From Octopus bimaculoides (Eukaryota), in the NCBI RefSeq assembly GCF_001194135.2, contig NC_068981.1, forward strand, positions 72,786,469 through 72,839,318: a stretch of DNA of 52,850 nucleotides, in the 5' to 3' direction. Shown here in pieces: positions 47,667 to 52,850 of this stretch. Each line of letters starts with the position of its first letter. Position 1 is the stretch's first letter. Below the pieces are notes generated by a model. It was given only the letters and a program-made list of their open reading frames with translations. It did not search any database and had not been told where the DNA came from. A program made the position numbers and the translations under genes.

Positions 47667-48752
47667 GTATGTATTATTGTGTTTTTGTTCGTATTTTTTA
47701 AACAGAAAATAGTGCAAAAATAATGCTTCTAACATTTAATGTGTATCTGACTGTTTAGAATTTCCCCTTCTTAAATACTCTACTGAATTATAAATCTTAA
47801 TGGAAATTATAATGAGCATTAATGTACTTTCACCTTGGGATAGACTTTGTAATCTTGAATGCAGATAATTTCACATCATAATTTTCTTATACATTTTATT
47901 TTTCTGAATGTATTTTCGCCGCTCATACTTGGCCACTTACAACTTTATAAGCTTCTCACGAGTAATTTTTCACAATCACAAGTGATGTCTTCCTATTTGA
48001 TGTATTTTATCATTATACAATCAAGAAGGTATATTAAACTGATTATACTTCCATCTTTTGACACTATCTAAATTTTTATCTTGAATATTAACACGTCTTA
48101 ACAGTAATGCTTCTTTATAGCTAGCTATTCACCGTAAGAAACTTACATTATTATATTAATTCTCGAAGTATTTTTATCACGATAGCAAAACACCTTTATC
48201 ATAATCTAGAAATGTTCTTCAAATAGAATATTAACACAACTAACTATATGATCTGATATGTTCAATGTTTACTGATGATATTGCATCACCGTATGATACA
48301 TTATCCTATCAGCATGAAATTACATTTATGTCTTTGCAATACCACACTGATACATCAAAATTTTATAATATTCATATGTTCACAATATGTGATGTCAGTT
48401 CACCATATTGTATGAAACAAATGTGCTATGGAACTTGATTTACACAACAATTTTGAATGAGTTTCTCTAAGGATTAAAATACTAAATATCAGTGCTTAGA
48501 AAGATTTTAGATGTTTTTTGGACTGTGATGTTTTTCTAAACATTATTTCTTGACGATTAAATTTAAGCAAGAAGAAATCAATTACATATTTAATCATCAA
48601 CATCCCTATAAGTTTTTCAGATCGGAAAAACATTATCTTCAGTTAGGATTAAAAGCATTAATTCTATTATAAAAATTAAACTAACGGCTTGTTTTTCTGA
48701 TTACGCTTTTTTTCAACAGTCATACTTTAATACATGTTCTATCGAATTTCAG

Positions 48753-48930
48753 ATCAATAATAACGAACGTGATGGTGGTGTTCTAGTTGGTAACTGGTCA
48801 GGAAAGTATGACGATGGTATGGCTCCCTATGCTTGGAATGGTAGTGCTGCAATTTTGGAAGAATTCCTTAAGAAACGGAAAGGAGTAAAGTTCGGCCAGT
48901 GCTGGACATTTTCAGCTGTTGCAACTACTA
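48753..48930 (+). CDS. Transglutaminase exon containing the catalytic cysteine (equivalent to TGM2 exon 6); absent from the ORF track
   Basis: gaatttcag|ATC ... ACT A|gtatgt, 178 nt. INNNERDGGVLVGNWSGKYDDGMAPYAWNGSAAILEEFLKKRKGVKFGQCWTFSAVATT contains GVLxGNW, PxxWxGS and VKFGQCW. The Cys codon TGC is at 48900-48902. Confidence 0.97.
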
Positions 48931-49738
48931 GTATGTTATCATCTTAAGTAAATCTTGTTTCGTCTAATGTTTTAATATATCAGAGACACTATATTTATCT
49001 TATTATGTACTTTTGTATACTATTCTATAGAATAACTATGTTAGCATATGCTATACTATATATAAAATAATATGATAAACGTAGACGTATATTATATGTT
49101 GTTGTATAAGTATACACAAATTGGCCAAAATACAGAGCTGGAACAAAATACAAAAGGATGGCACAACAAAATGTAATCATTCCGCACTTCAAAGTGGCTG
49201 ATGACAGGAAGGATTTCCACCAGCCGAAAATATCAGAAATCGATGGCGCAAAGATTTGTGAACGTCATCTGAGAGGGCAATAAATAATTTAAGGACTGCT
49301 GTAAACAAAACTTCTAGAAGCAATAGCATGATAAAGTTGACAAATTCCATGTTGAAACTCCGCTGTTAAAATGAAGAATGCCGAGCCTTAAGATAAACAT
49401 TAAAAACCACAACAACAAATTTGGCCAATTATCACTGACAAAGCAGGTGTCTTTCTGAAACATCAAACCCATGCAAGCATGGAAAAACGAGCATTAAATG
49501 GTAATGATGATGATGAGTTTATCACAGAATATATATTCGCCAGAATAGACTACAATTAGTTTCCTGAACATATTGCCACCATTTACTCGTTAGATGCACA
49601 AACAATATACAATTGTCTTGAGTGAAACGCAATAAGTAAGAACATCTGTTGTGTTACGGGAAATTTTTTAGAACCTAAGCCATGTTATTCGAAGAATTTT
49701 GTTTCCTTTTTTTAAGTGTTGATATTAAGTGCATGCAT

Positions 49739-49957
49739 AAGGCAGCGAGCTGACAGAATTGTTAGTACGCCGGGCAAACGCTGAGCGGCATTTTGTCCGT
49801 CCATACATTCAGAGTTAAAATTCCACCGAGTCCATTTTGCTTTTCATCCTTTCGGGGGTGGAGTCAATAGAATAAGTACCCGTTGAGTACAGGGGTCGAT
49901 GTAATTGAATTATCCCCTCCTCCCGAAACTGTTGACTTTGTGCCAAAAACTGAAATC
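49739..49957 (+). mobile_element. SINE family A copy
   Basis: aaggcagcgagctgacagaattgttagtacgccgggc...ttgcttttcatcctttcgggg...ataagtacccgttg...ggggtcgatgtaattga. Confidence 0.85.
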
Positions 49958-50063
49958 GATGTTAAGATGCATGCATATCTGTGAATACACATACGCCACA
50001 CGCGTGCGTACCTCACACACACGTACACATACACACATATATACTGCACGTATTTGTGCATGA

Positions 50064-50094
<31 letters not shown>

Positions 50095-50098
<4 letters not shown>

Positions 50099-50184
50099 GT
50101 AGTATATTGCCACTTAAGTGTGGCTGACCCCTAGGGGTGGATGTTACTGTTGCTTTTAGCCCCAGGAGGACATCTCCTCCAGCT
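50095..50184. mobile_element. One arm of the hairpin MITE family seen at 3314-3564, running into a gap
   Basis: gtatattgccacttaagtgtggctga...tagccccaggaggacatctcctccagct aligns to 3320-3403. Confidence 0.7.
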
Positions 50185-51044
50185 NNNNNNNNNNNNNNNN
50201 NNNNNNNNNNNNNNNNNNNNNNNNNNNNNNNNNNNNNNNNNNNNNNNNNNNNNNNNNNNNNNNNNNNNNNNNNNNNNNNNNNNNNNNNNNNNNNNNNNNN
50301 NNNNNNNNNNNNNNNNNNNNNNNNNNNNNNNNNNNNNNNNNNNNNNNNNNNNNNNNNNNNNNNNNNNNNNNNNNNNNNNNNNNNNNNNNNNNNNNNNNNN
50401 NNNNNNNNNNNNNNNNNNNNNNNNNNNNNNNNNNNNNNNNNNNNNNNNNNNNNNNNNNNNNNNNNNNNNNNNNNNNNNNNNNNNNNNNNNNNNNNNNNNN
50501 NNNNNNNNNNNNNNNNNNNNNNNNNNNNNNNNNNNNNNNNNNNNNNNNNNNNNNNNNNNNNNNNNNNNNNNNNNNNNNNNNNNNNNNNNNNNNNNNNNNN
50601 NNNNNNNNNNNNNNNNNNNNNNNNNNNNNNNNNNNNNNNNNNNNNNNNNNNNNNNNNNNNNNNNNNNNNNNNNNNNNNNNNNNNNNNNNNNNNNNNNNNN
50701 NNNNNNNNNNNNNNNNNNNNNNNNNNNNNNNNNNNNNNNNNNNNNNNNNNNNNNNNNNNNNNNNNNNNNNNNNNNNNNNNNNNNNNNNNNNNNNNNNNNN
50801 NNNNNNNNNNNNNNNNNNNNNNNNNNNNNNNNNNNNNNNNNNNNNNNNNNNNNNNNNNNNNNNNNNNNNNNNNNNNNNNNNNNNNNNNNNNNNNNNNNNN
50901 NNNNNNNNNNNNNNNNNNNNNNNNNNNNNNNNNNNNNNNNNNNNNNNNNNNNNNNNNNNNNNNNNNNNNNNNNNNNNNNNNNNNNNNNNNNNNNNNNNNN
51001 NNNNNNNNNNNNNNNNNNNNNNNNNNNNNNNNNNNNNNNNNNNN
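50185..51044. other. Assembly gap, one of 11 N-runs (others ~3626-3764, 5359-5450, 10248-10819, 15934-16908, 17893-17989, 18522-18639, 32533-33054, 35107-35249, 45158-45629, 46583-46612)
   Basis: N characters. Most gaps abut microsatellites or repeats. Confidence 0.98.
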
Positions 51045-52106
51045 ATATATACGTTTATATATACGTTTATATATTCGTTTTGCAAGATTCTTGATGTGAA
51101 TTCGTGTGTTGAAACAGATATTGTTGTATTTGGGGATGGTCATGTTGCCAGTTTAGCTAATAAAAATACAATATATAATTAGTGATCAGTTGCTTCAGTT
51201 TTATTTTATATTAATTGTATTTCGGCCATAGTTCTTTCGTCACTCTTCTGTGACCTTATCAGTGGTCCTTTGCTTTCTTCTTTCGTTTTTGTGTCTCTCT
51301 TCCCTAACGATTTACCATTTTGTATTCCTGCTGTATGTCTTTATTTGCGCATGCGTATATCCTTGTGTGTGTCTGTTTAGTGTGTATGTGGGAATGTTAT
51401 GGTACCTGCATTATCAGTATCCCCTGTTTATTTACGTTCGTTTAATTTACTTTTATCTATTTTGTTCAATTATAAAAATAAGATACGGTGAAGATTTTAA
51501 AGAAAGAGAAGTGTAAAGCATATTTTAAAATAAAAGTGTAAAGTGTAAAGCATATTTAAAAATAAATGCTCGATAAATTTCATAGCTAACTATTTTAATG
51601 AACTCCACCTCTCAAAATCTCTCACTTAAATAATTTCTTACTAATGAATTTATTTATTTAGTTCGATCGCTAATTAGCTTGAACTCCCTGATAATACCGA
51701 TATCGATCTTAAACAAATATCCTGTACATTTGTTTTAGCTCCATGTCCCTATCTTTGTTTTCAAGTCTTATTTTATCTTGGTAGTCCCAATTGTAGCACC
51801 ATTCAAAAATATAAGCGGTAAACTATCACCTCTCTGAACCTATTCGCTTCTATTCTTAGCTTTTTATCTCTCTACTTTGGTTATGTGTGTGTATGTATGC
51901 ATGCATGTATGTATGCATGCATGTATGCATGCATGTATGTATGTTAAGTATGTAAGCATTATGCATGCATGTATGTATGTATGTATGTATGTATGTAAGT
52001 ATGTATGTATGTATTAGATAGTTCCTGACTTATATTCGTAGCCCTAGTTTGCTCGACGCTGGAGAATTAATATGAAGACCACTGTCAACAACATTCTTGT
52101 ATAAGA

Positions 52107-52145
<39 letters not shown>

Positions 52146-52850
52146 GAATAGAACATGGCCATAACTTGCTACTTCTTTATTCCAATATTCCCAAACACAC
52201 ATATATACAGGCGGCAATAAATTCTATAATCAGGTGTGTGTGTGTGTGTGTATTAATCCGTGTGTATTCGTCGTGTTTATCTTTGTGTTTGTGTTGGTTC
52301 CCCTACTGGTTGACGACCGGTTTTGATTTGTTTAAATCATTACGTGACCGTATGACTCCGGTATCTAGCATCTCTTTTATTGGGCCACTTATGTCGTTAA
52401 GATAAAAGAAGAGAAACTACTCTGAATACGACCGACCTCCATTTGTAAACAGTAACCATGATTGATCAAAATAACCTTTGAACTGGTAGAGAAAATTACT
52501 AACAAGCCGACCGTTGGAGAATAAAAGAGTTAACGGCAACCCGTTGTTGCAGTTTCAAACTCCTGACACTGACTACTCAATTACATATTCACAAATACAC
52601 TTAACTCAAAACGCCATGTTGCTTTGTTAGATACGGCTTCAATTCTCTCAAAAGGTTAAATTAAACTAAAAAATGAAAAATCTTACATACATAGATACAT
52701 TCATTCATTCATTTATTCATTTATAAATTGTAATAATGACGTCAAACCAAATAGTGATACTTTTGAAATCATGTAATACGCATGCTTGATAAGGAACGCA
52801 TCAATTCTGTAAGGAAGAGCATGCGTAAACGATGCATTTGCAATTATACT

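Noticed and set aside
52048-52070. Possible next exon (A|TT TGC TCG ACG CTG = ICSTL, vaguely like xCRxLG)
   Set aside because: Poor polypyrimidine tract, no GIP motif, and a stop after seven codons.

Overview
Eukaryotic, AT-rich draft assembly sequence, dense in microsatellites and containing 11 N-gaps. The repeat families resemble those I associate with Octopus/coleoid cephalopods (an inference, not checked). The only host gene I can support is a transglutaminase (protein-glutamine gamma-glutamyltransferase, TGM/annulin-like) on the + strand. I reconstructed it by hand as six GT-AG exons (4536-4684, 31319-31501, 42149-42409, 45863-45981, 47559-47666, 48753-48930). They splice into one uninterrupted 998-nt frame ending just after the catalytic GQC*W motif. 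The first exon (N-terminal extension, 26.6 kb upstream of the next) is the least certain. The start codon and the 3' half of the gene were not found. Nearly everything else is intronic mobile DNA: at least three tRNA-derived SINE families, R4/Dong-clade RLE LINE relics, an inverted pair of Penelope GIY-YIG relics, a Gypsy integrase relic, three Tc1/mariner relics (cecropia-type DD34D, Tc1, DD37D maT) and hairpin/foldback MITEs. The most interesting observations are (i) Dong-like retroelements that always abut (TAA)n tracts, some of them SINE tails, (ii) a templated-insertion repair scar, (iii) long hairpins inside the likely pre-mRNA, and (iv) the transglutaminase's vertebrate-like intron map and atypical, Cys-rich core. 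I found no evidence of a prokaryotic-type system (CRISPR, operon, rRNA, true tRNA). All translations and alignments were done by eye.
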